The notes: generated from the letters alone by a model not told the origin. Numbered from the stretch's first letter, positions 27,424-37,729 are shown. The stretch is DNA of 64,000 bases from Candidatus Kaftiobacterium secundum (GCA_031459765.1 JAVKHY010000001.1:468156-532155), one strand, 5' to 3'. Numbers and translations: made by a program.

Positions 27424-28450
27424 CCTTGCGCAGTCCCCGCGGCCGGTCGGGATCGAACCCTCTGGCCAGGGCCAGGTGCGCGGCGAACAGCTGCAGCGGG
27501 ACGATGTAGACGTGGGGGCTCAGCACCTCGTCCACAGGTCCCGGGGCGGGCAGCAGGGTGCGGGCCGGCGCCCGGAGGGCCGGGCTGGAGGAGACCGCGA
27601 TCACATCCGCGCCGCGGGCGCAAAGGTCGTGCGCCACCCTGGTCAGGTGGGGCCGCGTCCGTCCGGGAGGCGCGATCACGATCACCGGGAAGCGCCGTTC
27701 CACCACGGCGATCGGACCGTGCAGCAGGTCGGCTGACGACAGCGGTTCCGCCGCGATATAGCCCGTCTCTTTGAGCTTCAGCGCCGCTTCCCTGGCCGTG
27801 GCGTAGTTGTAGCCGCGCGACGTCACGATACAGCGTTCGATCCCGCGATAGCGGTGGGCGGCGTTCTGGAGCACTTCCTCGGAGGCCAGCGCCCGCCCGA
27901 CCAGGTCGGGGAGGAGGCGGTGGCGGTCGAGGAGGCGGCGGTCTTCCGCCACGGCCCCGACCAGGAGGCTGAGGATCGCCAGCTGCGCCGTGTAGGTCTT
28001 CGTCGCCGCCACGCTGCGCTCCGGACCGGCGTGGAGCAACAGCGTGCTGTGCGCGGCGCCGGCCAGCGGGGAGCGACCGTCGTTGGTGATGGCGATGGTG
28101 CGCGCGCCGGCCCCGCGGGCCGCCCGGAGGTACTCGACGATGTCGGGTGAGCGACCGGACTGGGACAGCCCCATGACAAGCATCCCCCGCAGCCGCGGGA
28201 CGCGCCGGTAGAGCGTGACCACCGACGGCGAGGCCAGGGAGACGGGGATACGCAGAACCGTTTCGATGAGATAGTGGCCGTACAGCGCGGCGTTGTCCGA
28301 GGAGCCGCGCGCCGCCAGCACGACGCCCAGGGGAGGATGGCGGCGCAGCCCGGCGGCGACGGCCTCCACGGAGCGCCGTTCCCGGTCCAGCAGCCGGGCC
28401 AGGACCTCCGGCTGCTCCCGGATCTCTGCGATCGTCAGCGTTCCCTTCAC
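27407..28450 (-). CDS. SIS-domain sugar-phosphate isomerase/deaminase (GlmS C-terminal-like, AgaS/NagB-II type)
   Basis: two SIS domains (GSSDNAALYG..., SRGYNYATAREAALKLKETGYIAAE); GTG start with GGAGG RBS; track ORF trimmed. Confidence 0.7.
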   Translation of the reverse strand: MKGTLTIAEIREQPEVLARLLDRERRSVEAVAAGLRRHPPLGVVLAARGSSDNAALYGHYLIETVLRIPVSLASPSVVTLYRRVPRLRGMLVMGLSQSGRSPDIVEYLRAARGAGARTIAITNDGRSPLAGAAHSTLLLHAGPERSVAATKTYTAQLAILSLLVGAVAEDRRLLDRHRLLPDLVGRALASEEVLQNAAHRYRGIERCIVTSRGYNYATAREAALKLKETGYIAAEPLSSADLLHGPIAVVERRFPVIVIAPPGRTRPHLTRVAHDLCARGADVIAVSSSPALRAPARTLLPAPGPVDEVLSPHVYIVPLQLFAAHLALARGFDPDRPRGLRKVTRVR

Positions 28451-28539
28451 GGTTGTTCCTCCGCTGGATAATGTTAGAACAAGGGGCAGGGTTTCCCCGT
28501 AGAGGGGAGAAGGCGGCGGGGAGTCGAAGGAGGCGGCCC

Positions 28540-29796
28540 ATGGCGACACTCACCATTCGAACGGCGGCGCTCCTGGCCCTCGTCCTGGCCGTGGCGGCGG
28601 CGGCGCCGGCCGCGCCCCGGGCGACGATCGAGTTCTGGACGATCTCCCTGCAGCCGTTCTTCACCGACTTCGTGCAGGGCCTCGTCGCCGGCTACGAGCG
28701 GGCCAACCCCGGGGTGCAGGTCCGGTGGGTGGATGTGCAGATGCAGGCCATCGAGCAGAAGCTCCTGGCCGCCATCGCCGGGGGCGTGCCGCCCGACGTC
28801 GTCAACCTGAATGTGGAGTTCACGGTACGCATCGCGGAGAAGGGGGCCCTCCTGGACATGGACGGCGCCGTCCCCGCCGCCGATCGGGCCAAGTACTTCG
28901 AGGGGTTGTGGACCAGCGCGCGGTACCGCGGCCGCAGTTACGGCATCCCCTGGTACATCGCCCCGCCGGTCCTCTTCTACAACAGCGACCTCTTCAAGCA
29001 CGCCGGGTTGGATCCTCTGCGGCCGCCGGCCACCGAGGAGGAGATGATCGAGGCCGCCCGGCGGATCAAGGACCGCACCCGGACCTACGGCTTCATGCCG
29101 CTGATCGACGGCACGCGCCTGATGCACCGCTTCCTGGAGAACGGGCTGCCGATGTTGAGCCCGGACGGCAGGCGCGCCGTCTTCAACTCCCCGGCCCACG
29201 TCGCCTACCTGGCGAAATACGTTGACCTGTTCAAGAAGGACTACTTCCCGGACGACACGCTGCGCCGCGGGTTCGCCGGCGCGGTGGAGCGCTACAGCGC
29301 CGGCCAGCTGGGCATGCTGCTGGTGGGACCGCAGTTCCTGCTGCGGATCAAGGAGAGCAACCCGGAGGTCTATGCGAAGACCTTCGTCGGCCCCTACCCC
29401 ATGGGCGGGGGGAAGGTGATCCACACCGGGCTGATGGTGCTGGCCGTGCCGAAGACCAGCCGGAATGCGGCGGAGGCGGTGAGGTTCGCCCTCTACGTCA
29501 CCAACGACGAGAACCAGCTGGCCTTCTCCAAACTCCCCCTCACGGTGCTGTTCCCCTCCACGAGGAAGGCCGCGGCCGACCCCTTCTTCAAACAGCAGGG
29601 CGCCGGGCCGGAGTGGAAGGCGCGGGCCATCGCCGCAGACGAGCTGAAGTTCGGGCGGGACCTCACCGTGGTCGTAGCCAATCAAAGCGAACTCTACAAG
29701 ATCTTCCGGGAGGCCGTGGAGAGCGCGTTCTTCGGGAAGATGAGCCCGAAGGAGGCGCTGGACTGGGCCGTCCGGGAGTGGAATGCCCGGCTGTAG
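28540..29796 (+). CDS. sugar ABC transporter substrate-binding protein (family 1)
   Basis: signal peptide; SBP_bac_1 pattern; AGGAGG RBS. Confidence 0.8.
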   Translation: MATLTIRTAALLALVLAVAAAAPAAPRATIEFWTISLQPFFTDFVQGLVAGYERANPGVQVRWVDVQMQAIEQKLLAAIAGGVPPDVVNLNVEFTVRIAEKGALLDMDGAVPAADRAKYFEGLWTSARYRGRSYGIPWYIAPPVLFYNSDLFKHAGLDPLRPPATEEEMIEAARRIKDRTRTYGFMPLIDGTRLMHRFLENGLPMLSPDGRRAVFNSPAHVAYLAKYVDLFKKDYFPDDTLRRGFAGAVERYSAGQLGMLLVGPQFLLRIKESNPEVYAKTFVGPYPMGGGKVIHTGLMVLAVPKTSRNAAEAVRFALYVTNDENQLAFSKLPLTVLFPSTRKAAADPFFKQQGAGPEWKARAIAADELKFGRDLTVVVANQSELYKIFREAVESAFFGKMSPKEALDWAVREWNARL

Positions 29797-31984
29797 CCCG
29801 CCCGCCCGCAGGCGGGGGATCGTTCTCCTCTTGCTGATCCTGGCCGCGGCCGCAGGGTCGCCCGCTGTCGGGGCCCCCGGTCGCGCCGTGCCGGACGCCT
29901 ATCTGCCCGCGCCCGCATCCGGCGATCTGCTGCCGGTCCCAAAGGAAGCGACCATCGGCAGGGGATCCTTTGCGCTCTCTTCCGCGACGCGGATCGTCGT
30001 GGCCGACGGCGCGACGGACGAGGACCTCTTCGCCGCGCGGGAGCTCAACGAGGAACTGCGGGCCATGGGGGCTCCCGCGCTGCAGGTGGTCCGAGAGCGG
30101 GAGGTCTCCGGTCCCGATGGCCACGTCCTCATCGGGCAAAACTCCGCCCACGCCTTGCTCCGCCGGGCGTTGGGTGATGCGGCGCCCGTCGCCCGTCCCG
30201 AAGGGTATCTGTTGCGGGTCACTCCCTCGGCCGTTGTCGTCGCCGGGGCGGACCGCCGCGGCACCTTCTACGGCGCGCAGACGCTCCGCCAGTTGCTGCG
30301 GCGCGGGGCGGGGCGCAGTATCCCCGAAGCCGTGATTCGCGACTGGCCCGACCATCCCATCCGCGCCGTACACCTCCTGCTGGACAACGCCTCCGACCCC
30401 TTCCACATCGACCTCATCGACCGCATCCTGGCGCCCTACAAGTTCAACACCATCGTCGCCGAGGCCGAGCACGTGCAGTGGGAGAGCGGCCGTCCCTGGT
30501 GGAGGCCGGATTCCCGGGGGGCGACGAAGGCGCAGGTCCGTCGGCTGCTGGAGGCCGCCCGGGAGCACCACATCCAGGTCATCCCGCTCGTGGCGACGCT
30601 CGGCCACAGCGAGTGGGTCTTTGCCGGGTTGCAGGACGAGACGCTGTGCCCCCGGCTCGCCTACAGTCCGCGGGGAGAGGTCACCTGCGACCGCGGGCGC
30701 GGGGTGTTTCCCGCCGTCTACGATCCCACCAGGCAGTTCACGGTGGAGGGCCGGACGACCACGCTCAACGAGGCCCTGATCGTTCCCGTCCTGAAAGAGG
30801 CGGTGGATCTGTTCAGACCGCAGTACCTGCACCTCGGCCACGATGAGGTCCGCGGACCGTCCGGGCTGCGCTACGAGATGGCGCTCTACCTTCGGGACGT
30901 CATCGCGCTGGCCGGCGAACTGCGCGCCCTGAACGTCCGTCCGATGATTTGGGGCGACGTCCTGTGGGAGCGCAGGGCCGAGGCCACGGCCCAGCCGCAG
31001 TACAGGGACCTGCCCCCGGACCTGGTGATCGTGCCCTGGAAATACGAAGAGGTTCGGGACTACCCCGAGCTGGCCTACTTCCGCCAGGCCGGATTCGACG
31101 TGCTCGGCGCCACCTGGTACCGGACGGCCAACAACCACTTCTTCAGCCGCGCGGCGAGGGCGGCCGGGGCCCTCGGCATGATCCGCACCACGTGGACCGG
31201 GTCCTTTCAGAACCGCGCGGCGCTCGGTCGCGCCTACCAGCAGCTGTATACCTACCTCACCGCCGCGACCTATTTCTGGACGGCGGACCGGCCGGCCCCC
31301 GACCGCGCGCCGTCCGATGGCGAGTTGAGCCGGCGGTTTGCGGATGCCTGGACCCGGGGGACGTCGGTCCCGGAGCAGTCATCAGGCACCTTGCTGGACC
31401 TCTCCCCCGTCGCCAACCAGCGGCACATCGACGACGACGGGAAGGGCTGGCTGGGCAAGGGGCGCGACTACGACCTGCGCGCGCTCCGGCCGGGCCGCCG
31501 GCGACTCGGCGGCGTGCTGTTTGAGGTGCTCGATCCCGCCCGGAACCGGGGCCGGAGCATCATCATGCTCAGGGGCGAGCGCGACGTGGCCGCCTCCCTG
31601 CCCGAGCGGGTGACGGTGCGGTTCGGCGGGCGCGCCGCCTGCCTGGTGTTTCTCCACACCACGCTGGACCGGGCGGTCACCTTCGGCGAAGTCGTCGGCC
31701 GCTACACCATGGTCCTGGCGGACGGCCGCCGTGTGGCGCTGGAGCTCAGGTACGGGCAGAACATCAGTAGCTGGTTGGCGGATGCGGAGAGAGGAATCCC
31801 GTCCATCGAACAGGAAGTGGCCTGGACAGGCCGGACGGTCGCGGGCAACGATGTGCTGCTGACGATGGTCCGCTGGAAGCACCCCCAGCCCGAGGTGCCC
31901 GTGCAGTCCATCGAACTGGCCAGCGCCGGCGGCCGGGCCTCTCCGGCCGTCTTCGCGATCACGGCGCTGGACCGATGCCCGTGA
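29783..31984 (+). CDS. secreted GH20-like beta-N-acetylhexosaminidase family protein
   Basis: signal peptide; GH20b-like N-domain (GTFYGAQTLRQLL) and LHLGHDE catalytic-type motif; assignment moderate. Confidence 0.6.
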   Translation: MPGCSPPARRRGIVLLLLILAAAAGSPAVGAPGRAVPDAYLPAPASGDLLPVPKEATIGRGSFALSSATRIVVADGATDEDLFAARELNEELRAMGAPALQVVREREVSGPDGHVLIGQNSAHALLRRALGDAAPVARPEGYLLRVTPSAVVVAGADRRGTFYGAQTLRQLLRRGAGRSIPEAVIRDWPDHPIRAVHLLLDNASDPFHIDLIDRILAPYKFNTIVAEAEHVQWESGRPWWRPDSRGATKAQVRRLLEAAREHHIQVIPLVATLGHSEWVFAGLQDETLCPRLAYSPRGEVTCDRGRGVFPAVYDPTRQFTVEGRTTTLNEALIVPVLKEAVDLFRPQYLHLGHDEVRGPSGLRYEMALYLRDVIALAGELRALNVRPMIWGDVLWERRAEATAQPQYRDLPPDLVIVPWKYEEVRDYPELAYFRQAGFDVLGATWYRTANNHFFSRAARAAGALGMIRTTWTGSFQNRAALGRAYQQLYTYLTAATYFWTADRPAPDRAPSDGELSRRFADAWTRGTSVPEQSSGTLLDLSPVANQRHIDDDGKGWLGKGRDYDLRALRPGRRRLGGVLFEVLDPARNRGRSIIMLRGERDVAASLPERVTVRFGGRAACLVFLHTTLDRAVTFGEVVGRYTMVLADGRRVALELRYGQNISSWLADAERGIPSIEQEVAWTGRTVAGNDVLLTMVRWKHPQPEVPVQSIELASAGGRASPAVFAITALDRCP

Positions 31985-32853
31985 AGCGGCGCGCCACCCT
32001 CGTCGCCTACCTCTTCCTGTTGCCGGCACTCGGGCTGCTCGCGGTCTTCACCTTCTACCCCGTGATCTACGGGACCGTCCTCAGCCTGTTTGAGTACGAC
32101 ATCATCAACCCGCCGCGCTACGTGGGGCTGCAGCAGTTCCGGCGGTTGCTGGGCGACCGCTACTTCTGGATCGCCATTGCGAACTCGGCGAAGTACATCC
32201 TGGTTGTGCCGGTCATCCAGCTGGGTTCGATCCTGCTGGCCGTGCTGGTGAACCGGCGGCTGCGGGGCATCGGGGCGTTTCGCGCCGCCTACTACATTCC
32301 GGTGATCACCTCCTGGCCGGTGGTGGGGATCATGTGGACCTGGATGTACGATCAACAGGGCGTCGTGAACTGGATCCTGCGCAGCCTGGACCTCATCAGC
32401 CGCCCCGTCTCCTGGTTGAGCCATCCGACGATCGCGCTGTACGCCGTGATGTTCGTCACGATGTGGAAGGGCCTGGGCTGGTACATGGTCATCTACCTGG
32501 CCGGGCTGCAGTCGATTCCCGCGGAGTACGAAGAGGCGGCGATGCTGGACGGGGCCTCACGGAGCCGCATCTTCTGGCGGATCACCGTGCCGCTGCTGCG
32601 GCCCTACGTCCTGCTGGCCTCGCTGATCTCCACGATGGCCGCGGTGAAGGTCTTCGAGGAGATCTACGTCATGACGCGCGGTGGCCCGTTCTTCAGCACC
32701 TACACCATGTTCATGTATATCTTCGACGAAGCGTTCCAGGAGTTGAACATGGGCTATGCTGCGGCGCTGGCCGTGGTGCTGGCCGCGGTGATCCTGGTCT
32801 TCTCCGTGGTGAACTTCCGCGTCTTCCGATCGGGCGGACTGGAATGGTACTGA
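31975..32853 (+). CDS. sugar ABC transporter permease (MalF/UgpA-like)
   Basis: EAA motif region AGLQSIPAEYEEAAMLDGAS. Confidence 0.85.
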   Translation: MPVKRRATLVAYLFLLPALGLLAVFTFYPVIYGTVLSLFEYDIINPPRYVGLQQFRRLLGDRYFWIAIANSAKYILVVPVIQLGSILLAVLVNRRLRGIGAFRAAYYIPVITSWPVVGIMWTWMYDQQGVVNWILRSLDLISRPVSWLSHPTIALYAVMFVTMWKGLGWYMVIYLAGLQSIPAEYEEAAMLDGASRSRIFWRITVPLLRPYVLLASLISTMAAVKVFEEIYVMTRGGPFFSTYTMFMYIFDEAFQELNMGYAAALAVVLAAVILVFSVVNFRVFRSGGLEWY

Positions 32854-33656
32854 GGAAGGCCGGCCTCTACCTGATCCTGCTCGCCCTCGCCGCCTTCACC
32901 ACCTTTCCCTTTCTGTGGACGCTGCTGGTCTCGCTGCGCACCCGCGGGCCCATCTTCGCCATCCCGCCGGATTTGAGTCTGGGGGGGCTGAGCGCCGCCA
33001 ACTACGTGGGGGTCTGGAACACGCTGCCCCTGCCGCGCTATGTGCTGAACAGCCTGTACATCGCCGCCATGGGCGTCGGGCTGACGCTGATCGTCTGCTC
33101 CCTGGCCGCCTATCCCCTGGCCCGGATGCAGTTCCCCGGTCGGAATGTGGTCTTCTACGCGATCATCGCCACGCTGATGCTGCCGGAGCACATCGGGCTG
33201 ATCGTGAACTTCATCACGATGATGCGCCTGCGCCTGGTGGACACCTACATCTCGGTGTACCTGCCGAGCGTCGCCAGCATCTTCGGCATCTTCCTGCTGC
33301 GCCAGGCCTACCTCTCCATCCCCCAGGAACTGGAGGACGCGGCGCGCATCGACGGGGCCGGGGAACTGACCATCTGGTGGCGGATCCTGCTGCCCCTTAC
33401 GGTCCCGGCGCTGGCCACCCTCGCCATCTTCCAGTTCGTGGCCTTCTGGAACAGCTTTCTCTGGCCGATCATCATCCTGAAGACTCCGGACAAATACCCG
33501 CTGGCCGCCGGGCTCCTCTACCTGCGCGGGCTCTTCGCCCACAACACCCGCTTCATCGCCGCCGGCACGGTGATCGCCACACTGCCGATCATCGTGGTTT
33601 TTCTCTTCACCCAGCGCTACTTCATGCGCGGGATCACGGCAGGGGCGATCCGGTGA
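32844..33656 (+). CDS. sugar ABC transporter permease (MalG/UgpE-like)
   Basis: EAA motif LSIPQELEDAARIDGAG; 10-nt overlap with the upstream permease. Confidence 0.85.
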   Translation: MVLRKAGLYLILLALAAFTTFPFLWTLLVSLRTRGPIFAIPPDLSLGGLSAANYVGVWNTLPLPRYVLNSLYIAAMGVGLTLIVCSLAAYPLARMQFPGRNVVFYAIIATLMLPEHIGLIVNFITMMRLRLVDTYISVYLPSVASIFGIFLLRQAYLSIPQELEDAARIDGAGELTIWWRILLPLTVPALATLAIFQFVAFWNSFLWPIIILKTPDKYPLAAGLLYLRGLFAHNTRFIAAGTVIATLPIIVVFLFTQRYFMRGITAGAIR

Positions 33657-35689
33657 CGCGGCATCCGGTCCTGCTCTTCGTGCCTCTCGATGACCGGCCG
33701 GTCACCTGCGACATGGTGGTGGAGCTGGCCGAGGCGGCGGGGGCGGAGGTGCGCACGCCCGACCGCGCCCTGCTCGGGGACCGCGATCGGCCCGGGGATG
33801 TGCGGGGAATCTGGGAGTGGCTGGAGGCCGCAGCGCGCCGTGGGGACGGCGCGGCGCTGATCGCCTCGGCAGAGATGCTCTGCCTCGGCGGGCTGGTCGC
33901 TTCCCGCAAGAGCGAGGCCGAGTTCGAGGAGATCGCCCCTCTGCTCGAGCGCCTCGTCGCCCTCGCGGCCCGCCTGCCCGTCTACGTCTCGGCGGTCATT
34001 CCCCGCACCCCGGTGGTGCCCACGGACGAAGACGCACCCTACTGGGCCGCCTACGGTGATGCGCTGCGGAGTATCACGGCGGGCGCGGAAGGACCGCAGC
34101 CCTCCGTCCCGGAGGCGCTGGACGTCGTCCTGCAGGCCGCAGACCTCCCCGACCCGGTCCGCGAGGCCGTCCGGCGGCAGCGGGGCCGCCATCTCCGGAT
34201 CAATGCCCGGCTGATCGCCGCGGCGGCGTCCGGCGCCATCCGGTATCTCCTGATCGGGCAGGACGACACCGCGCCGGGCAGCCTGTCGCAGATCGAGCGG
34301 GAGGCGCTGCAGGCGCTCGTGGATCAACTCGCCGCATCCGGCGTGATGCTGACGAGCGGGGCGGACGAGCTCAATGCGCGGTTGCTGGCCCGGTGGCTGA
34401 ACGACCTGACCGGCCGGCGGCCGTCGGTGCGCGCCCTCTACACTTTCCCCTGGAGATCCGACGGCGTTCCCCTGTACGAAGCGCAGCCCCTCAATCGCAC
34501 GGTGGCCGAGCACGTTGCCAGCGCAGGGTGTGTTCCGGGCGGCGACGATCCGGAGATCGTGCTCTGGGTGCACAACTTCGAGGACCGCCAGCGCGAGGCG
34601 CAGGATCAGCACGAGGCGCCGTCCCTGCAGGGGCTGGAGCCTCTCCTGAGGGCCGTCCGCGCCGCCGTGCGCGAGGACCGCGTGGTCGCCCTGGCCGACG
34701 TCCGGTTCGCCAACGGCGGCGACCGGGAGCTTGTCACCCGTCTCCTCGATGAGCCGCGATTCGCCGGGATCGTCGCGTATGCCGGGTGGAACACCTGCTC
34801 CAATGCCCTGGGATCGGCCATCAGCCAGGCCGTCGTCGCCTGCCATCTGCGTGCCTACACGCTGCCGGGGGACGACCGTCGGTACCGTCTTGCGCTCTTC
34901 CGACGGCTCCTCGAGGACTGGGGATATCAGAGCGTCGTCCGGCCGCTGCTGACCCGGTGGATCATCGACCAGGGGGGGCGCTCCGCGGAACTGGGTGAGC
35001 ATGAGGCCGAGGCCGAGCGGCGGGCCCTGGAGGGCATGAGAGATGTTGTGCTCCCCCCTCTGCAGCGGTCGTACCGTTACCATCCGATCGACGTGCAACA
35101 GGTGATCTTTCCCTGGCACCGGCTGTTCGAGGTGCGGATCGCCCTGCAGATGCCCGCCACGAGTCGGGGCCGGCAGCAGATCGTCGTTGTGGACTACGAT
35201 CCCGACTGGCCGCGGCGCTACGAAGAAGAGAGGGCCGCCATCGTTCAGACGCTCGGTCCCCTCCTCCGGGGGATCGAGCACGTCGGCAGCACTGCCGTGC
35301 CCGGGCTGGCGGCGAAGCCCATCATCGACATCATGGTCGGGGTGGCCGCCGACGATCTGGACGGGGTCATTGAGCCCCTGGCCGTCCTCGGGTACGAGTA
35401 CGGTCCCGACTGGGAGATCTCGATGCCGCTGCGCCGGTACTTCCGCCGTCTCGCCCCGGACGGTTCGCACACTCATCACCTGCACGTCGTGCCCTACGGG
35501 GAGGAGTTCTGGACGCGGCACCTGCGCTTCCGCGACTACCTCCGGACGCACCCGGAGGCGGTGCGCGCCTACGGTGACCTGAAGAAGCGCCTCGCGGCCA
35601 CCCGCCGGGAGAGCATCGACTACACCTTCGCCAAGACGGAGTTCATCCTGTCCACCGAGGCGGAGGCGGGAGTGGTCCACCGCAGATGA
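33653..35689 (+). CDS. DUF4127 domain fused to a C-terminal GrpB (UPF0157) domain
   Basis: N-terminal DUF4127-like region; C-terminal GrpB-family pattern (HVGSTAVPGLAAKPIIDIMVGV...HHLHVV); GTGA overlap with the permease. Confidence 0.6.
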   Translation: MTRHPVLLFVPLDDRPVTCDMVVELAEAAGAEVRTPDRALLGDRDRPGDVRGIWEWLEAAARRGDGAALIASAEMLCLGGLVASRKSEAEFEEIAPLLERLVALAARLPVYVSAVIPRTPVVPTDEDAPYWAAYGDALRSITAGAEGPQPSVPEALDVVLQAADLPDPVREAVRRQRGRHLRINARLIAAAASGAIRYLLIGQDDTAPGSLSQIEREALQALVDQLAASGVMLTSGADELNARLLARWLNDLTGRRPSVRALYTFPWRSDGVPLYEAQPLNRTVAEHVASAGCVPGGDDPEIVLWVHNFEDRQREAQDQHEAPSLQGLEPLLRAVRAAVREDRVVALADVRFANGGDRELVTRLLDEPRFAGIVAYAGWNTCSNALGSAISQAVVACHLRAYTLPGDDRRYRLALFRRLLEDWGYQSVVRPLLTRWIIDQGGRSAELGEHEAEAERRALEGMRDVVLPPLQRSYRYHPIDVQQVIFPWHRLFEVRIALQMPATSRGRQQIVVVDYDPDWPRRYEEERAAIVQTLGPLLRGIEHVGSTAVPGLAAKPIIDIMVGVAADDLDGVIEPLAVLGYEYGPDWEISMPLRRYFRRLAPDGSHTHHLHVVPYGEEFWTRHLRFRDYLRTHPEAVRAYGDLKKRLAATRRESIDYTFAKTEFILSTEAEAGVVHRR

Positions 35690-37053
35690 GCGAGACCTAC
35701 GACGTCGTCGTTGCCGGAGGCGGTCCCGCCGGAACCGTGGCCGCCGTGGCCGCGGCGCGCAACGGCGCCCGGGTGGCGCTCATCGAGCGCTACGGGTTCC
35801 TGGGCGGCGCCCTGACCGCGGCGATGGTCGCCCCCATGATGGGATTCCATGCCGGGGATCTCCAGGTCGTGCGCGGCATTCCCCAGGAGATCATCGAGCG
35901 GCTGCAGCGCCTCGGCCTCTCTCCCGGGCACGTCCCCGATCCCATCGATTTCTGCTACACGGTGACGCCCTTCGACTACGAGGGGCTGAAGCGCGTCCTG
36001 CTGGAGCTGGCCGTCGAGGCGCAGGTGGAGGTGTGGCTGCACAGCCTGATGCTCGCGGCCGACGCCGCCGCGGGGCGCGTCGGCTGCGTCCGCGTGTGGC
36101 AGAAAGACGGCGTGAAGACGCTGAGTGCCGCCGTGTACGTGGATGCATCAGGTGACGCTGATCTCTGTGCCTCCGCCGGGGCTCCCTTCGAGATCGGCCG
36201 CGCCGCAGACGGCATCCCGCAGCCTATGACCCTGATGTTCCGGCTGCACGGCGTCGATTGGGACGCGGTGATGGCGCACTTCGCCCTGCACGACGAGGAC
36301 CTGCAGCACGGCCAGGGCGTCCACGAGCGCATCGATCTGGACTGGCTGCGGCATTTGCCGATCCGCGGTTTCGCCGGGTTCAAGGGGCTTGTGGCGGAAG
36401 CCCGGGAGCGCGGAGAGTGGACGGTGCCCCGGGACCGCCTCCTGGTCTTCGAGGGCATTCGCCCGGGCGAGGCGGTGGTGAACACGACGCGGGTCACCGG
36501 CGTCGTCGGCGTGCGCGGGGCGGATATGATCCGGGCGGAGATCGAAGGCCGGCGGCAGGCGCACGAGGTGGTGCAGTTCCTTCGCAACAGAGTGCCAGGA
36601 TTCCAGAGCGCGTTTCTCGTCGAGACTCCGGCACAGATCGGGGTGCGGGAAACACGCCGCGTGCTCGGCGCGTATGTGCTGCAGCAGGAGGACATCCTGG
36701 GGGGCGTCAAGTTCCCGGACGCCGTGGCCTGCGGCGGCTACCCCATCGACCTGCACGACCCGGTGTCGATGCGTCTTACCGCGAAGCGCCTGCCGCCGGG
36801 CGAGTACTACACCATTCCCTACCGCTGCCTGTTGCCCCGCGGACTGCACAATGTGCTGACCGCCGGCCGCTGCATCTCCGCCACCCACGAGGCCTTCGCC
36901 GCCTTCCGCGTTTCAGCCATCGCCATGGCCATCGGGCAGGCCGCCGGCACCGCGGCGGCGATGGCGGCCGCCTCCGGCCGTCCCCCCGCCGACGTGGACA
37001 TTACGGAGCTGCGCCGCCGGCTCCGGGACCAGGGGGCGTTCCTCCCCCCGTGA
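35686..37053 (+). CDS. FAD-dependent oxidoreductase
   Basis: DVVVAGGGPAGTVAAVAAARNGARVALIER dinucleotide-binding motif. Confidence 0.75.
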   Translation: MSETYDVVVAGGGPAGTVAAVAAARNGARVALIERYGFLGGALTAAMVAPMMGFHAGDLQVVRGIPQEIIERLQRLGLSPGHVPDPIDFCYTVTPFDYEGLKRVLLELAVEAQVEVWLHSLMLAADAAAGRVGCVRVWQKDGVKTLSAAVYVDASGDADLCASAGAPFEIGRAADGIPQPMTLMFRLHGVDWDAVMAHFALHDEDLQHGQGVHERIDLDWLRHLPIRGFAGFKGLVAEARERGEWTVPRDRLLVFEGIRPGEAVVNTTRVTGVVGVRGADMIRAEIEGRRQAHEVVQFLRNRVPGFQSAFLVETPAQIGVRETRRVLGAYVLQQEDILGGVKFPDAVACGGYPIDLHDPVSMRLTAKRLPPGEYYTIPYRCLLPRGLHNVLTAGRCISATHEAFAAFRVSAIAMAIGQAAGTAAAMAAASGRPPADVDITELRRRLRDQGAFLPP

Positions 37054-37721
37054 TGATTCCCGACCGCCGGCCGCTGCTGATCGTCAGCCTGCCCCGGAAC
37101 GATCCGGCCCTGGCCGCGGCGGCGCGTCAGGGCGGCGCCGACGTCTTGAAGGTGCACGTGAACGTACGCCACCTCGCCTCGGGTACTGTATTCGGGACCC
37201 TCGCGCAGGAGCGGCCGCGCCTCGAGCAGATCCTGGCCTTCGGGTTGCCCACGGGCCTGGTGCCGGGAGAGGAGCGGATGCTCGCCCCGGAGGAGATGCC
37301 CGAGATCCGGCGGATGGGTTTCGCCTTCCTCGACGCGTTCGTCGACACGATCCAGCCGCATCTGTACGAGGCCGGCATTCCGGTCATCCCGGCGCTGCCC
37401 CACTCCGCCGACGATCGTTTCCTGGAGCGGTCCCGCGATCTCCCGGGCGACTGGGTGGAGGCCGCGGTCGTGGCGCCCGATGGCTACGGGAAGCCGCCGG
37501 AAAAGGCGGACTTCGTCGCCCTGCGGAAGGTGGGGAAGGCGACGAGAAAACGCCTGATCGTGCCCAGCCAGCGATGGATCACTCCGGCGCACGCCGTGCG
37601 GTACTTCGGAATTCCCCAGGTGACGGCGCTCATGATCGGCGCCGTCGTCACGGGCATGGAGGCGAAGTCGCTGGGCGCCGCCACCGCCGCCTTCCGCCGC
37701 GCCCTCGATCGCCTCTTTTGA
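37053..37721 (+). CDS. hypothetical protein, possibly NanE-like TIM-barrel
   Basis: ATGA overlap with the oxidoreductase; weak resemblance to ManNAc-6-P epimerase-like barrels. Confidence 0.45.
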   Translation: MIPDRRPLLIVSLPRNDPALAAAARQGGADVLKVHVNVRHLASGTVFGTLAQERPRLEQILAFGLPTGLVPGEERMLAPEEMPEIRRMGFAFLDAFVDTIQPHLYEAGIPVIPALPHSADDRFLERSRDLPGDWVEAAVVAPDGYGKPPEKADFVALRKVGKATRKRLIVPSQRWITPAHAVRYFGIPQVTALMIGAVVTGMEAKSLGAATAAFRRALDRLF

Positions 37722-37729
37722 TCGGCTGA

